A stretch of 64,000 nucleotides of DNA from Squalus acanthias. Taxonomy: Eukaryota. The notes under the pieces were generated by a model. That model made no database searches and was not told the DNA's origin. It was given only the letters and a program-made list of their open reading frames with translations. Within the stretch, counting starts at the first letter, position 1, and the number at the start of each line of letters is the position of its first letter. Location of the stretch: NCBI GenBank assembly GCA_030390025.1, contig CM059431.1:146570001-146634000 (forward strand). Reading direction: 5' to 3'. The translations under genes and the position numbers were made by a program. Below, one piece after another: positions 1 to 13,635 of this stretch.

Positions 1-844
1 CAAGACATGAAATCGTTTACGTGGCTCAGGAGAGTGAGGCAACTTTTAAAACATTGACATGTACTCCATGGAGAAAATATCTAATTAATGAAACAATCAG
101 AATACAGTTAAACACACTGGTACCTTATAGAGGGATTGTAATTGAAATTGAAGTGGAGAGTTACATGGAATTTGGATTGGGACAATTGGGTTAAGGAGAA
201 ATCATGTTTAGTAAGAATTATCCACAACATGGATACGAGTAAGAGAGATCTAGAAAATTATTTAAGCCCATGATTTCTTGATTAGGTTTTAAACTGTAAT
301 GTTGCTTAAAATGAATGTAAGACTGAATTTAACTGTGACTGTAATAATTGTGCTTTGTAGCTAACAGAGTGTGGGAAAAACCAGTACAAATCCAGTATGA
401 GGTGGTTTTGGTGGTGCCCCCAGTGTCACTACTGCGGCAACTACCATACTTTACGGATCTAACAGGACCTGTCCCATCAAATAAAACGTTTTCCTCAATA
501 TCAAAACCTATGCTCAATTGAAACTGACAGTAAAAGAGATACTTAAGTATGAGCTGCACAATTATGTGGCACAATTCGGGTAATACATTTTCCTGTTGTC
601 TGAGGGGATCAGTGAGCTCGTGATGCGACTGAACTCCTCCCTGAAGCATGTTTATGTTTTGGAGCAAGACAACTAGAGAATAGATATTGAAATTGATAGA
701 ATAACGGACAACTCACACTGGTGGGATATTGGACTTAATACATCAGCACACCCTTAGGTTCGTATTATTTCACACGCTCTGATAGTTCTCCAACTTGTAA
801 TGATAGTGTATTTGATATATATAACCTGTGTAGTAAGACATTGA
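1..844 (+). pseudogene. Decayed env-like (class I fusion glycoprotein-like) 3' region of an LTR retroelement/ERV
   Basis: Manual translation through stops gives SVTTAATTILYGSNRTCPI, then a heptad-like ISELVMRLNSSLKHVYVLEQDN*RIDIEIDRI, then WWDIGLN (719 onward), then the hydrophobic segment VRIISHALIVLQLVMIVYLIYITCVV. It lies directly upstream of a PPT and LTR. Confidence 0.6.
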
Positions 845-1203
845 TATATAAGTCAATTGTGTACTCATGCCTATGACTAAACAGCACCAAAAATATAATT
901 GAGCAAACTGAAAGAGAAGATCTGAAGCAACATAGAGGAGACCCCAGTCGGGGTATGATCAGGAAAGCTAGAAGAAACAGAGGATACCCCAGGCGAGGCA
1001 GAATTGGAACTCCGGAACTGGGAATTGAATTTGAGTGAGGGGTCAGACGTTGCCCTCCCACTCAAAACAATGGACTGTAAGGAAGGGGAAAATATTCATT
1101 TTCGAGAGTCCCTATTAACTAACGCCCAATTCAGAGATCAATAAAAATTAGCTAGATTATTCAAGAGTCGAATATAAGAAGTCAATAAGAATATTTCCTT
1201 CTC

Positions 1204-1215
1204 AAGGTGGGGAGA
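1204..1215 (+). other. Polypurine tract
   Basis: AAGGTGGGGAGA immediately before the TG start of the LTR. Confidence 0.75.
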
Positions 1216-1954
1216 TGTAAGGAATCGTGGATTGAAATAAATAATAGTCTGTTACGGGATCCCTATATCAGTAGTTTGCCTAAGTTGATTATGTAGAAGG
1301 ATTCCAGTCATGTCCGAAAAATAGCTGTACAGAGAGTTGAATTACGAGGTCAGATCACAAAAACAGGCCTTCGAGTGGGCATAACTAGGCCTGTTAGGGA
1401 ATGCCGCAAGGATCTGTAGGATAAAGAAGCTGTCTACAAGAGGGCAACAAAACCTTTAGAAAACAGATAAGGAGGAAAATGAACTAATGAGGCTGGGAGG
1501 GGTCTGTCATAGGTGGCCTCTCCCTTGTTATTGGACAATAGGATGGTGGAAAATGATTGACACCAGTTAATCACCAGCCCGCTGAAATAACTATAAATAT
1601 AGACGACCGAGAGAGGAAGGCAGGCAGTTCGGGGTGAAGGCTTCCCCGAGGTGGCTACGGCCTAATACCTCCAACAGCTCGAGGGACGACCCAACGGAAG
1701 TGACCGCTGCAGCAGATTGAAGGAATCCACCCAATCCGAGACCACCGTACTGCCTCACCGTCTGTCCGGTTGTTTCGTTCCATTTCAGGGCCGTAGAGCG
1801 CCCTCCTCAGTCACGGGTTGTATGTCTATTATACTTATCTTAACCACATGTAATATCTGATTATGCTTTAAACTGTAGCTCTTTAATAAAAAGACTTACA
1901 AACTCCTAAAAACCTTTGGGTAATCTGTATGTGACCTGTGATCCAAATCTTACA
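1216..1954 (+). mobile_element. 3' LTR (~739 bp) of an LTR retroelement/ERV
   Basis: Starts TGTAAG and ends CTTACA (6-bp inverted termini). Preceded by a PPT, with TATAAA at ~1592 and AATAAA at 1885-1890. Confidence 0.8.
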
Positions 1955-4310
1955 CAGCCAATCCTCCAGAACTAGTTGTAAGGAGCATTTCAGCGACCCA
2001 ATTTAAGCTGTTTGAAACTCAAGTTGTAAAGTTAGTTATCGATCCATTTGGGGTTAATGGAATCTGAATATTCTGAAACGAAGGTCACTTTCAATTCCGG
2101 CCTGGGCGTGAGTCATACACCCCGCCGAATTGCATTTTCCATTGACTATACTGGGCGGTGTGTAAATTCCGCCAGTTTCCACCACACTGAAGTTGGAATG
2201 TTCACATGAACCTATGGCTTAATCGGCAGAATTAACTAGAGCGGAGAAATGTTCAGTACCTAGGGAATGAGTGTCTTCTTTCACAATTCCTTGTGAATAT
2301 AATACCGATACTGGTGAAGCAGACACCAATTGCTCGATGCGTCTGTGATGTCAGAGTCAGTTGGACAGTGACAGTCTTTAGATTTCCGGTAATGTTTAGT
2401 TCTGTAGCTGAAATCTACTCGTTCATAATTGTTTCAGCCAAAGTAATATATTGATCAGTTTGCTGTAAGCATATTACATATTCAGGTAAGAGAAAACCAT
2501 GAATTACACTTCAATAGTCCGGGTGCAACTCACGCGAAGTTCTTCATCGTATATTTGGCAGACGGAACACGATGATCGCGTTGGATGTGTTTGTATCACA
2601 GTGCAGAGAGTTCTGTGGTTGTAGACTGTTAGTGGATGATTACAGAGCTCCATCCTGAGTCTGACGGCCATCCTTAATATCGGAATCTGCCTCTTGTTCC
2701 ACACAGATCTAAGCAGATCTTTACCACGGCCGGAATTAAATACATTTTGCGTTATAATAAAAGGTACAAATCAAAGCAAAGCGATGATGTCCACAAGTCC
2801 AGTGACCGCTAAAGATAATTAAACAGGACACATAAATATTAGCGATTTATTTGTTATCCATGAGCTTCTAAAGTAAAATAAAACTGCTGAGCAAACAAAG
2901 TGCAAAGAGTGAAAGATGCAGGAGCTCTTGAATATAACTGGTAACACGTCACAGAATCGGCTGAGCGCTGCACCCATTGGCTGTTAGCGCCTGAAGTGTG
3001 ACGAATCAGATCCACTTTTGAAACGCGCCTGCGTAATCGGGAATCACCAACTCCAGACTGCGGCGCCCTTCACGATGGGCCCCAGGAAGTGAGACCGCGG
3101 TCTGATTGTCTTAGAACAGGAAATGATGCTGCCGAACAATGTCTGTGTCAGAATGCTTCGGCTTTCTCAGGAACCCCAGTCCCGGAATTCTGCCGCACAA
3201 CCAAGTTATGGGGTTAATACCCAACTGCAAGCCCGTCAGCCACACAATATCAATTCACTCTACAACTTTTCAAGCAAAGAACACGAGAATTGGAACAAAT
3301 GTCAATGCAAATCGGAAATTAAGTCTGTTCCGAGCAACATCCCTGTGCAGTAATATCTAAAGCTCCATAATACACACTAGAATTTATTTTACTTTATTGT
3401 CTTTTGTTTTAATTTAATTTATCGTGTTTTATCTTCAGACTTACTTTAAGCTGCCATCGTGACTTTTTGACTCTGTTTAATTTAGATGTAACAATTTACA
3501 TTAATAACAACAGTGTCATTGTTCGTAGCGAGTTGCATAGCAGGGTGTAAGTTTAGCAAATGTTCCAATAAGGAAGGGGAAAAACTGATTGTGGGAAGCA
3601 CATCTGGGATCTTTAAGTAAATTTGGGAGATGTGGGTTCACAGTGAAGAGCTCGGACTGAATAGAAAGACACAAATTGAAGTGAGCCTTCCTCGAGGCCT
3701 ATTCCTGCAATAACCATTAACAGTGAAGTAAGTGAGAAAGAGTTTCAACTTCCTATAAGAGAAAGTTTAATGAATCGGAAAAGCATATCAGTGTTTTTAT
3801 TTAAGGTTAGTGGATCAAATGAAGCGCATCCATCGCTATATTCAATCATGATAGTACATTACTAAAGGTAATACATTCCTTAAAATTGACATTATACTAG
3901 AACAGAGACGAAACATTCGCAGAACATCAGCAAGTGCCTGTGAGAAATGCCTCCGGCAGTTTCACCGCGAACCTTGCTTCTCTCTCTCTGGAGCAGGTTG
4001 TTATGTTCCGCTGTATTTTCAAAATGCTTTGTCAAGTAGCTGATTCCCAGAATTCACCAGTTCAGGTTGGGTATCTCTCACGGGTGGACTGAAAGTCTCA
4101 GGTTGCAGCAGTGTCTCAGTGTGTGTCATTCCGTGTGAATACCAACTCTGTAACGCAGCATAACCCCGCCCACTTCTCCTGTTCCGTCCAGTAAAATACA
4201 CGACAGAACGGCGCGTCAGACAAGCAGGGAACTGCCGCTCTCTGTGAATGGCCATGCTGTCCATCAGAAATAATATAATTATTTTAAAGACACATTCCAA
4301 TATCCGAGTA

Positions 4311-4682
4311 CGGGTACGGTAGCATAGTGGTTATGTTACGGGACTAATTATTCAGAGCTCCTAGATAAATGATCTGGATCGTGAGTTCGAATCCCACCAC
4401 AGGCAGATGGGAAATTTAAATTAAATTAATTAAATAAATCTGGAATTAAATGCTAATATCTTGAAACTACCGGATTGTAATAAAAACCAATCTGTTTCAC
4501 TAATGTCCTTTTGGGAAGGAAATCTGCCATAATTACCTGGTCTGGTCTATATTTGAATCCCGACCCACAGCAAAGTGGTTGACTCTTAACTGCCTTCTGT
4601 GGCTCAAGAAGCCAGCTCACAACCATCTTCTCAAGGGCAATTAGGGATGGGCAATAAATGCCGGCCTTGCTGAATAAGAAAA
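4311..4682 (+). mobile_element. tRNA-headed SINE sharing its 3' tail with the adjacent LINE family
   Basis: A box TAGCATAGTGG (~4320) and B box GAGTTCGAATCC (~4383). The tail CTTCTCAAGGGCAATTAGGGATGGGCAATAAATGCCGGC matches the LINE 3' end at 7660-7705. Confidence 0.85.
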
Positions 4683-4949
4683 AACAACAAAGAATAATCG
4701 CCTGGTTTCTCTTACCAGCTTCCGATGTTCCCCAAGAAATTTCCGCATTGCATTCACCCAGGCGATGCTTAACACTAATGTAATAAATGCAAAAGCCTTC
4801 CCCTCCATTATTAACCTTTTTATTTTGGAAGGGAGTAGACTGTCCACTAGAGCTTCCTAACATTAAAATATATCTCAAACTCGTCTGAAGCTTTCCTCTG
4901 CTTACCAGGTAATAATACGGACACAAAAAAAGAACAATGAGCACAGGCG

Positions 4950-7740
4950 AACCTGCAGATCCCTCTTCACTAATATCTGGGGACTTGTATCAAAATTGGG
5001 AGAGCTGTGTAACAGACAAAACAAGCAATAGCCTCACATATTCATACTCAGAGCATCATAGCTTTCAGCCAAAGTCCCAAACAGCTCCATCACCATCCTT
5101 GAGTATGGCCTCTCGCATCACGAGGACAAACCCAACAGAGATAGCGGTACAGTGGTATACAGTCGGGAGGGAGTGGACTTGTAATCCTCAACATTGTCTC
5201 TGGACCCCATGAATCTCACGGCATCAGGTCAAACATGGGCAAATAAATCTCCTGCTCACCAGCAACTACCGACTTGCTTCAGCTGATGAATAAATACTCA
5301 TTCATGTTGAACATGGGGACTTTAATGTCAATTACCAAGAGTGGCTCGGCAGCACTAGTACTGACCGAGCTGGCCGAGTCCTGAATGAGATAGCTGCCAG
5401 ACTGAGTTTGCAGCAGGTGGTGCGAAAACCAATACGAGGTAAAAAACCTACTCGATTTCGTCCTAACCAATCTACCTGTCGCAGATGCATCTTTCCATGG
5501 CACTTTTGGTAGGAGTGAACAAAGCACAGTTCATGTGGAGACGAAATCCCGTCTTCACACTGAGGACACTCTACGTCGTATTTTTTGTCACTACCACCAT
5601 GCTAAATGGGATAGATTCAGAATAGTTCTAGCAGTTCAAAACTGGCCATCCATAAGGCGCAGTGGGCCATTGCAGCAGCAGAATTGCATTCCAAAACAAT
5701 ATGTAACCTCATGGACCGGCATATTCCTCACTCTACCATTACATTCCAGCCAGGCGACCAGCCCTTTTTCAATGTGGATTGTAGAAGAGCGTGCAGATGC
5801 AGCACGAGGTGTAACTGAAAATGAGGTGCCAAACAGTTGAAGGTATCACACAGGACTACACAGCGGGAGCAGCTTGCTCTAGACAGAACTATGCGATCCC
5901 ATAACCAATGGATCAAATAAAAACTCTGCAGTCCTGCCTCATCCAGTCATGAATGGTGGTTGACAATTAAACAACTAAAGGGAGGAGCAGGCTTCATGAA
6001 TATCCCAATCCTCAACATTGATGGAGCCCAGCACGTGAGTGCAATAGACAAAGCTGAAGCGTTTGCAACCATCTTCAGCCAGAAGTGCCGAGTGAATGAT
6101 TCATCCCATCCTCCTCCTGAGGTCCCCACCATCACAGCAGCCAGTCTTCAGCCAATTCGATTCACTCAACGTGATATCGAGAAATGGCTCAGCACTCAGG
6201 ATACAGTAAAGTGTCGGGGCCCCAACAACACCCCGGCTGTCGTGCTGAAGACCCGTATTCCAGAAGTAGCTGCGTCTCTAGCCAAGCTGTTCCAGTACAG
6301 ATACAACACTGGCATCTACCTGATAAAGTGAGTGTGTCCTCAGAGTGAAGACGGGATTTCGTCTCCACAAGGACTGTGCTTTGGTCACTCCGACCAATAC
6401 TGTCATGGACAGATGCATCTGCGACAGGACGAGTTCGAGTCGGTTTGCCATCGTATTGTTTCTCGCATCACCTGCCGCAAACCCAGGCATCACGTGTCCA
6501 CAAAATGCAGGACAACTGCAATCCGGCCAATTGCCGCTCCAGCAGCATATTCCCAATCATCAGGAAAATGATGACAGGTTTTGCTGACAATGCTATCAAG
6601 CGACACTTACTCACCAATAACCTGCTCACTGATGCTCAGCTGTGGTTCCACCAGGACCATTCGGCTGCAGACCTCATTACAGCCTTGGACCAAATACGGA
6701 CACAAGAGCTGAATTCCAGATGTGAGGTGAGAGTGACTGCCCTTCTGGCAGCAATTGACCGAGTGTGGCATCAAGAATCCAATGGGAATCAGGAGGACAA
6801 CGCTCTACTGGCTGGAGTCAAACCCAGTTAAAAACAAGATTTTTGTGATGGTTGGAGGCCAATATTCTCAGACCCAAGACCTCGCAGCTGGAGTTCCTCC
6901 GGGCAGTGACCTAGGTCCAATCATCTTCAGCTGTTTTAAAAATGACCTTCCCTCCAACATGAAGTGAGAAGTGTGGATGTTCGCTGATGATTGCATAGTT
7001 CAGTTCCATTCGCAATACCTCAGATAATCAAACCACCTCCCTTGACAGTCAATGCCATTACCATTGCCGAAGGCCCCACCATTGAACAGAAACATAACTT
7101 AACTGTACCAGCCACATAAATACTATGGCTGCAAGAGCAGATCACAGTTTAGGTATTCGACGGCGAGTGTCTCATCTCTTGACTCCACTAAGCTTTTCCA
7201 ACACCTACAAGGCACAAGTCATTAGTGCGCTGGAATACGTCCCACTTGCCTGGATAAATGAAGCTACAACAGCACACAAGAAGGTCGACACCATCGAGGA
7301 CATAAGAACACAGCATCCCACTTCAGCCGTGCCTCATCCACTACTTAAACATTCACAACCTCCACCAGCAGCGCAACTTGGCTGAATGTGTACCATCTAC
7401 AAAATGCCCTGCAGCAACTCGCCAAGTCTTATTCAACAGACCTTCCCAAAACCGCAACCTCTACCACATAGAAAAATAAGGGCAGCAAGCACATTGGAAC
7501 ACCACCACGTACAAATTCAACTCCAAGTGATATCGTGACTTGGAGATACATCACCATTCCTTATCGTCGCTGGGCCAATATTGAGGAACTCCATACCTAA
7601 CAACACTGATAATACCTTCAGCACCAAAACTGCAGCGGTTCAAGAAGGAAGCTCAAAACCACCTTCTCAAAGTCAATTAGGGAATGGCAATAAATGCCGG
7701 CATTGCCAGCGACGCCTACATCCCATGAATGAATAAACAA
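4950..7740 (+). mobile_element. Decayed LINE (CR1/L2-group) ORF2: APE endonuclease, RT and 3' tail
   Basis: EN start TNIWGL, DKAEAFATIFSQK, RT motifs GVPPGSDLGP and MFADD, LEYVPLAW. Many stops and frameshifts. Confidence 0.9.
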
Positions 7741-8333
7741 TTTTTTTTTCGTGATAGAAAAGCTGGCTGAAATTATCTCTTTTAGGAGAATATCTATTGT
7801 GCAGCTAAGTGTTGTTTTAACAATAGAGTGTGGCTGATCATGAGGTTCTGTATGTCTGAACGGCTCTGTGACTCGGATTTACCTGATCGGATCCAATAAT
7901 TACATTTACCACACTCCTGGCACTCTTTAATACAGCTGAAAGGAGCGCGGAGAATCTCAGGCCACCCAACAGCTTTAATGGGAAATATAATGATCAGGCC
8001 CCGCAGCGAATAGAGATCCAAGTGGAAAACGAAAGCCCCGCTGTTGAACGTGGGCTCATCGACTCGTTTCTTCCGAAGTTAACGCCTGCGTCCCAGGCAA
8101 TGAAGGAGATTGATTCACCCACACTTTTAGTAAAGACGAGGTCCTGCAAGATCTGAATGTACTTACTCACAGGTGGCCTTTAGCTATTTAGTAAACTGGC
8201 TATCGAACGTGTTCCACTTGTCAGCAGTTTAAGGAATTACTCTTAAACCAGTCTCAACAATTTAAAACCTCAGACTATTATCCACGTTGTAGTTAATGCT
8301 AAGAATATTTTGGTGCTGATTTACTGCGAAGCA

Positions 8334-8412
8334 CTGATCTTTTAAGCAGAGTCAGGCCAGGTTAATACTTGGATGGGTGACCGCCGGGGAATACCAAGGG
8401 TAGTTGGCTTTT
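8334..8412 (+). pseudogene. 5S rRNA-derived fragment (3' two-thirds)
   Basis: AAGCAGAGTCAGGCCAGGTTAATACTTGGATGGGTGACCGCCGGGGAATACC...GGCTTTT resembles the vertebrate 5S internal control region and terminator. The 5' part is absent. Confidence 0.85.
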
Positions 8413-9986
8413 CGTGCTCGCAGAGGGTGCTCTCAGGGCCGAAAATCCACGCTGCTTTCAATCACCAAACTTTTTGGAATTCTGTCTGTCAGTCTGTCGC
8501 TCTCTCTCTTCCCGTGTATTTACTTCACATTGCCTTGCAGGTAGGCGAAGGGAAGGCGTCGAGACATAATGCGATAAACAATAGAAACAATTCAGGAAGC
8601 CTTTACCGAAGGACAACCAATCGCAGTTCTTGCCTACAGCCACACGACGATGGGCGCCTGTACAACCTGTGCTACTTAACCTTGTTAAGAGAGTCAACCC
8701 GTCACTGATGTGCTAATAAGTTGATAGATAACTCTGATTATTTCGGTTCACGCTTTTTAAGCGCTCATGTGCCCAACTTTATCTTTAGGCTGTTTTTGGT
8801 TACCGTGACACAACGTTTAGTACATGGCGTGTGGTCTGTCTTCTTCCTTGATAGTTTTGCAAGAAAGTAATAATTCATTCACTCAGCAGCTTGCGGATAA
8901 TCTAATCGAAGGTTAGTAAATTAAATTGATTTTGACCCGAACTGGGTTAACTTTAAGTTAGTTCGCGAACCGAGTCAGACATCATTCATTACGAGGATTA
9001 CACTGGGAGGAAAACCCCAGACAATTCCTTAGTAAGAAGATAAGGGAAGAAAATAAAGAATAGTCTGATTCCTCAGCATATATCTGTCCAGATACCAAAA
9101 CACAGCTTTCCAAAAATGGATCTCCAGGACTTGGGAACGTAATTGGATTCACAGCACGGGAGATTCCGTACGTTCGATGCTGTGTATGGGGCCTTGAACA
9201 CTACACAGGGAGAATCCTTTAGTTGGACTTCAATAGAACGCATATAAATGCATCGCCAGCTTGCGATATGTTAAATTAGGGGCAGGTGCCAAAGACTATT
9301 CACTTAAAAAATGTCAGGATAAATATGGAAATGAACAAAATAATGTTAAATAATATAGTTCTTATTCTTGCCTCCTTAACTGCAGTATATGTAGTGAGAA
9401 GATTACTCCTTTTAAAGGTGTGTTTTTGTTGTTCTTCGCTGCTTTCAGGATAACTTGCTAGCTTTCTTCTTTATAAATCCTGATGTTCAAACTGCCAACA
9501 TCGAATTTCTTCAGTTTACGGCTGTGGACACAAGGGTTCACAGTACTTGGGAACCTCGCTATTCTTTCTGCACAGTCTGTCAGATCAGCACGTGCTGAGT
9601 TAAAAGTTCAAACAGATTTCTGCTGAGCATGAGATGTAAATTGATTAAGAAGAGTTGAAAGCAAAGAATATCGTCACAGGGAATGCGATACTAGAAGGTG
9701 TGAGAGTCATTCAGCCAGATCAGAATATGTCAACTTGATCCCCTGTATGTCATAGCAATAACATGAATGGCAAGAATTTTATTGCAGGAATTAGAAGACT
9801 TAAATTCCTGGTTGTTTAATTAATGTTGTTATTCTCTTTGCAAGTATATGTATCTTTGATGTACCATGATTTATTGGCGGAATGCATGGAATGTAGTGAA
9901 CATAGGTAAAGAATGATATAGGAGTGTGAGTGGGTTTGTGTTTTAACGGCTCACACTGGAATTCATTAGTGTGATGTTTCACCAGC

Positions 9987-10628
9987 AGCTCGCTCATACT
10001 GGGATAGTGTAATATGAAAAGACCTGAGCTCACTCATACTGGGATAGTGTAATATGAAAAGATCTGAGCTCGCTCATACTGGGATAGTGTAATATGCAAA
10101 GACCTGAGCTCGCTCATACTGGGATAGTGTAATATGCAAAGACCTGAGCTCGCTCATACTGGGATAGTGTAGTATGCAAAGACCTGAGCTCGCTCATACT
10201 GGGATAGTGTAATATGCAAAGACCTGAGCTCGCTCATACTGGTATAGTGTAATATGCAAAGAACTGAGCTCGCTCATACTGGGATATTGTAATATGAAAA
10301 GATCTGAGCTCGCTCATACTGGGATAGTGTAATATGCAAAGACCTGAGCTCGCTCATACTGGGATAGTGTAATATGCAAATACCTGAGCTCGCTCATACT
10401 GGGATAGTGTAATATGAAACGACCTGAGCTCGCTCATACTGGGATGGTGTAATATGAAAAGACCTGAGCTCACTCATACTGGGATAGTGTAATATGAAAA
10501 GACCTGAGCTCGCTCATACTGGGATGGTATAGTATGAAAAGATCTGAGCTCGCTCATACTGGGATAGTGTAATATGCAAAGACCTGAGCTCGCTCATACT
10601 GGGATAGTGTAATATGAAAAGATCTGAG
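9987..10628. repeat. 40-bp minisatellite, ~16 copies
   Basis: Unit GAGCTCGCTCATACTGGGATAGTGTAATATGCAAAGACCT repeated head to tail, highly homogeneous. Confidence 0.97.
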
Positions 10629-11869
10629 GCCTCACACTGTTTTTTTATAGTATGAAAGATTTTGTATCGTATGAAATGATTTATGCACTCATACTAGTTG
10701 TGGATAGTATGAGGTTCCAATAAAAACCTGATCCTGCATTACTGCAACTGCGTGACTGTGTAATCTATCTTTTAAAGTAACGAAACGAAAAAGACCAAGG
10801 AAGCAGTCCACCAACATCGAAGTTTGTCTTTGCTACGCAGCACATGGAGATTGCAGTTTGTTTACAGCAGGGTAGGTTGTGGTGCTTTCCAACTGCAATG
10901 TTTGTTATGTGATAAACGTTCGATAATACAATTTTCAATTTCAGTGACAGATAAGTAGGTTTGGTCTGAATGACCCTCCTGGTAATTAATAAATAGCATA
11001 CAGAGTACAGTTACCCAATGAACTGAAATGTTCTGACCGCCTTCCCTCCTAACTCCTAATTTCACATTTTGAACTTGTAAATCTTTATGATTGAACTCCT
11101 TGCCAGGATGAATAATTTGAGCAAAGAACTCTGTACATTCTTCTCATAACGTTAAACCTGACATTAGATGGCTTGTAGGTATCCTTTGTTCTGAAAGTAG
11201 AAAGTACGATTTCCTACAATTTCTTCAAAACTGGAATTGTGAATCCCTGGAATCTCTCTTGCTGAGCTATGTGACCTATAAAGTGCAGAAGTATTCTTTA
11301 AATGATTAGCTTACCAGAAGTGAACACACAGTCCAAATGGGGTAAGATCATTTCCTCTAACAACAATAATCCTTTTGATTTAACCTCTCTTCTTCTGATA
11401 TTCAAGGTCCATAGTCGAACAAAGTAAAAATCGGGAATAGGCAGAGTGCGGGAACCAGACGGACTGGGATCTGGCAGAGTGTGGGATTTGACAGAAAGAA
11501 AGGGATCCAGGAGAGCGGCGCCATGATAAGAAGAGCAGGAAGAGTCGAATAAATCAATTGACTTATAGAGCTCCACTTTGAATTAATAAAATATAAATCA
11601 TATTTTATGTTCAGCTTTTTAAGTAGCGATGGGCGAAATTATATTAGCAGCGATATGATAAAATCGTTAAAGGAAGAGATTGGATTCGTGTCAAAGCTCA
11701 ATTGGTTGACATACATAAAATGTATTTTGCTTAATATTAAATTGTTGATTATAAAAAGCAATTAAAGAATTATATTCTAAGCAGAGCAAGAAAGAGATCA
11801 AGGTAAGACTGGAGGTATCCAGATGTGAGGTCTCGGGTGGGGCCTCGCGCACAGCCGGTGAAAGGCCTG

Positions 11870-12725
11870 AAAATTGCCGACATTACGAGAAGCTGGGATG
11901 GTTCCCCATAGAGCTGAGTAGGATCAAGAGAGATTTGATAGAGATGTTAAAATTTATGAGGGATTAGAGTAAATAAGGAGAAATTGATTCCACTGGCAGT
12001 AGGGTCGTTAAACAAAGCACACGGATTTTAGGTAAGTTGCAAAACAACCGGGCGGAAATTAGGAGATTTTTTTAACGCAGTGATTTGTTATGATCTGGAA
12101 TGGACTGCTTAAAAGGTTGCTAGATGCAGATTCAATAAAAAAGAATGATTTGCGTTTCTATAGCGCCTTTCACTATCTCATGGCGCCCTAAATCGCATTA
12201 TAGCCAATGAAGTACTTATAATATGTTAGTCACTTTCGTTACGCTGGGAAGGCGGCAGTCAATTTATGCACAGCCGGTCCTTCAAACGGCAATGTAATGA
12301 GGATCAGATATTTGATTTAGTAATGTTGGTTGAGGGACAAAATGTTTTGGCCAGGACACCGGTGAGAACTCCCTTGTCCGCAATCGAAACAATGCCACAG
12401 CATCTTTCATGTACACCAGAGAGGACAGAAGTGCCCTCGGTTAAGTCTCACCCAAAAGACCGCACCTCCGACACAACTTCAGTACAGCATTGAGGTGTCA
12501 GCACAGATGTTGCGCCAAGTTTCTGGAGCGGGGCTTTAACCCACGACCATTTCACTCAGAGAAAGTGCTACCATCGAGCCACTTCTGAAGCTTTATAAAA
12601 TAGAAACTTTCAAAAGCGAATAGGACACATTATTAAAAAGTAAAAGTTGTATCATCCATGATCTCATTAAGTGGCAGAACAGGTTCGAGGGGGTAAATGG
12701 CCTCCTCCGTATCCTATGTCGCTAT
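11870..12725 (+). mobile_element. Old CR1 3' fragment split by a SINE insertion
   Basis: CR1 ORF2 C-terminal sequence (GAGATTTGATAGAG...GCAGATTCAAT) resumes after the SINE at ACTTTCAAAAGCGAATAGGAC. Confidence 0.7.
12140..12582 (-). mobile_element. SacSINE1/DeuSINE-like tRNA-derived SINE
   Basis: Minus-strand tRNA head (plus strand CTGGAGCGGGGCTTTAACCCACGACC...GTGCTACCATCGAGCCAC) and an L2-type tail (plus strand TTTCTATAGCGCCTTTCAC). Family assigned from recalled consensus. Confidence 0.7.
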
Positions 12726-13635
12726 GTTTGTTGGTCTATGGGGGAAGAGTAGGGGAGTTGGACGAATGGACTGCCTATTTCAAAGAGCCTGCAGAAGCAC
12801 AACAGGCCGAATGGCTTCTGTCTCTTCTCTATGATTCTACACATCTTGCGTTGCGCGCGATCTTCCGCCCATTAATATCAAAGGAATGAAAGCTGAGGAA
12901 GCGCATCCGCAATTTGCTAATAAACCACTCTCTGTGCGTGTGGTACTCCGGCAGTGGAGTGTGGAAATAAAATGCATTTATCCATTTAAAAAAGAATGAG
13001 AGGCACCACGGGTCCAATATATATAGGGGTAGTCTTATGGCTGAAGGCACAGATTTTTCAGAATATAAAGCATTATGCAGGTAGATTATAAGGTTTAAAT
13101 AAGACCGTTTAATTAGTGTTCGGAGTAGAGCACAAGTGAATCATCGAAGGAGTGATGGAACGGCAGTGATGAGGCGATTTTCAAATGTAAAATGGGAATC
13201 TGTAATCCAGGGACCAAGACACCGCGAGATAAATGAATGAGACTGACAGGATTGACGGTTTACTGACACTGTTGCAAGGTTCCTCAATTAGCGAAGATTC
13301 CTGAGGGAATTAAATTGGTTTGCGGGACGATGTGTCATCTTTAACTAACCTGTTGGAGTTTCTGAAACACAGCTACGGGGATAGCGCGGGGGAATGGGAC
13401 TGACTGGATTGCTCTACAAAGAGCATGTTAACTTTCTTTGATTCTTGTACAAGGCATCCAGGTCCCTTTAAATTCTAACATTTCCCAATCTCTCACCATT
13501 TAAAAAATATTCTGCTTTTTTATGTTTCCTACCAAAGTAGGTACCAACACACTTCTCCACATTATAGTCCAACTGAAATGTTCTTGCTCAGTTACTTAAC
13601 CTGTCTATAGCCCTTGGCAGCCTTCTCAGCAAAGG

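Noticed and set aside
2504..3360. Short ORFs around a CpG-rich, CCAAT/GGAAGT-containing patch
   Set aside because: No recognisable protein or consistent splice structure, so a gene call cannot be supported.
9987..10628. CRISPR-like regular array
   Set aside because: Units are contiguous 40-bp repeats with no unique spacers and no cas genes, in a vertebrate context.
10862..11415. Decayed minus-strand reading frame
   Set aside because: Multiple stops and no motif that I recognise.
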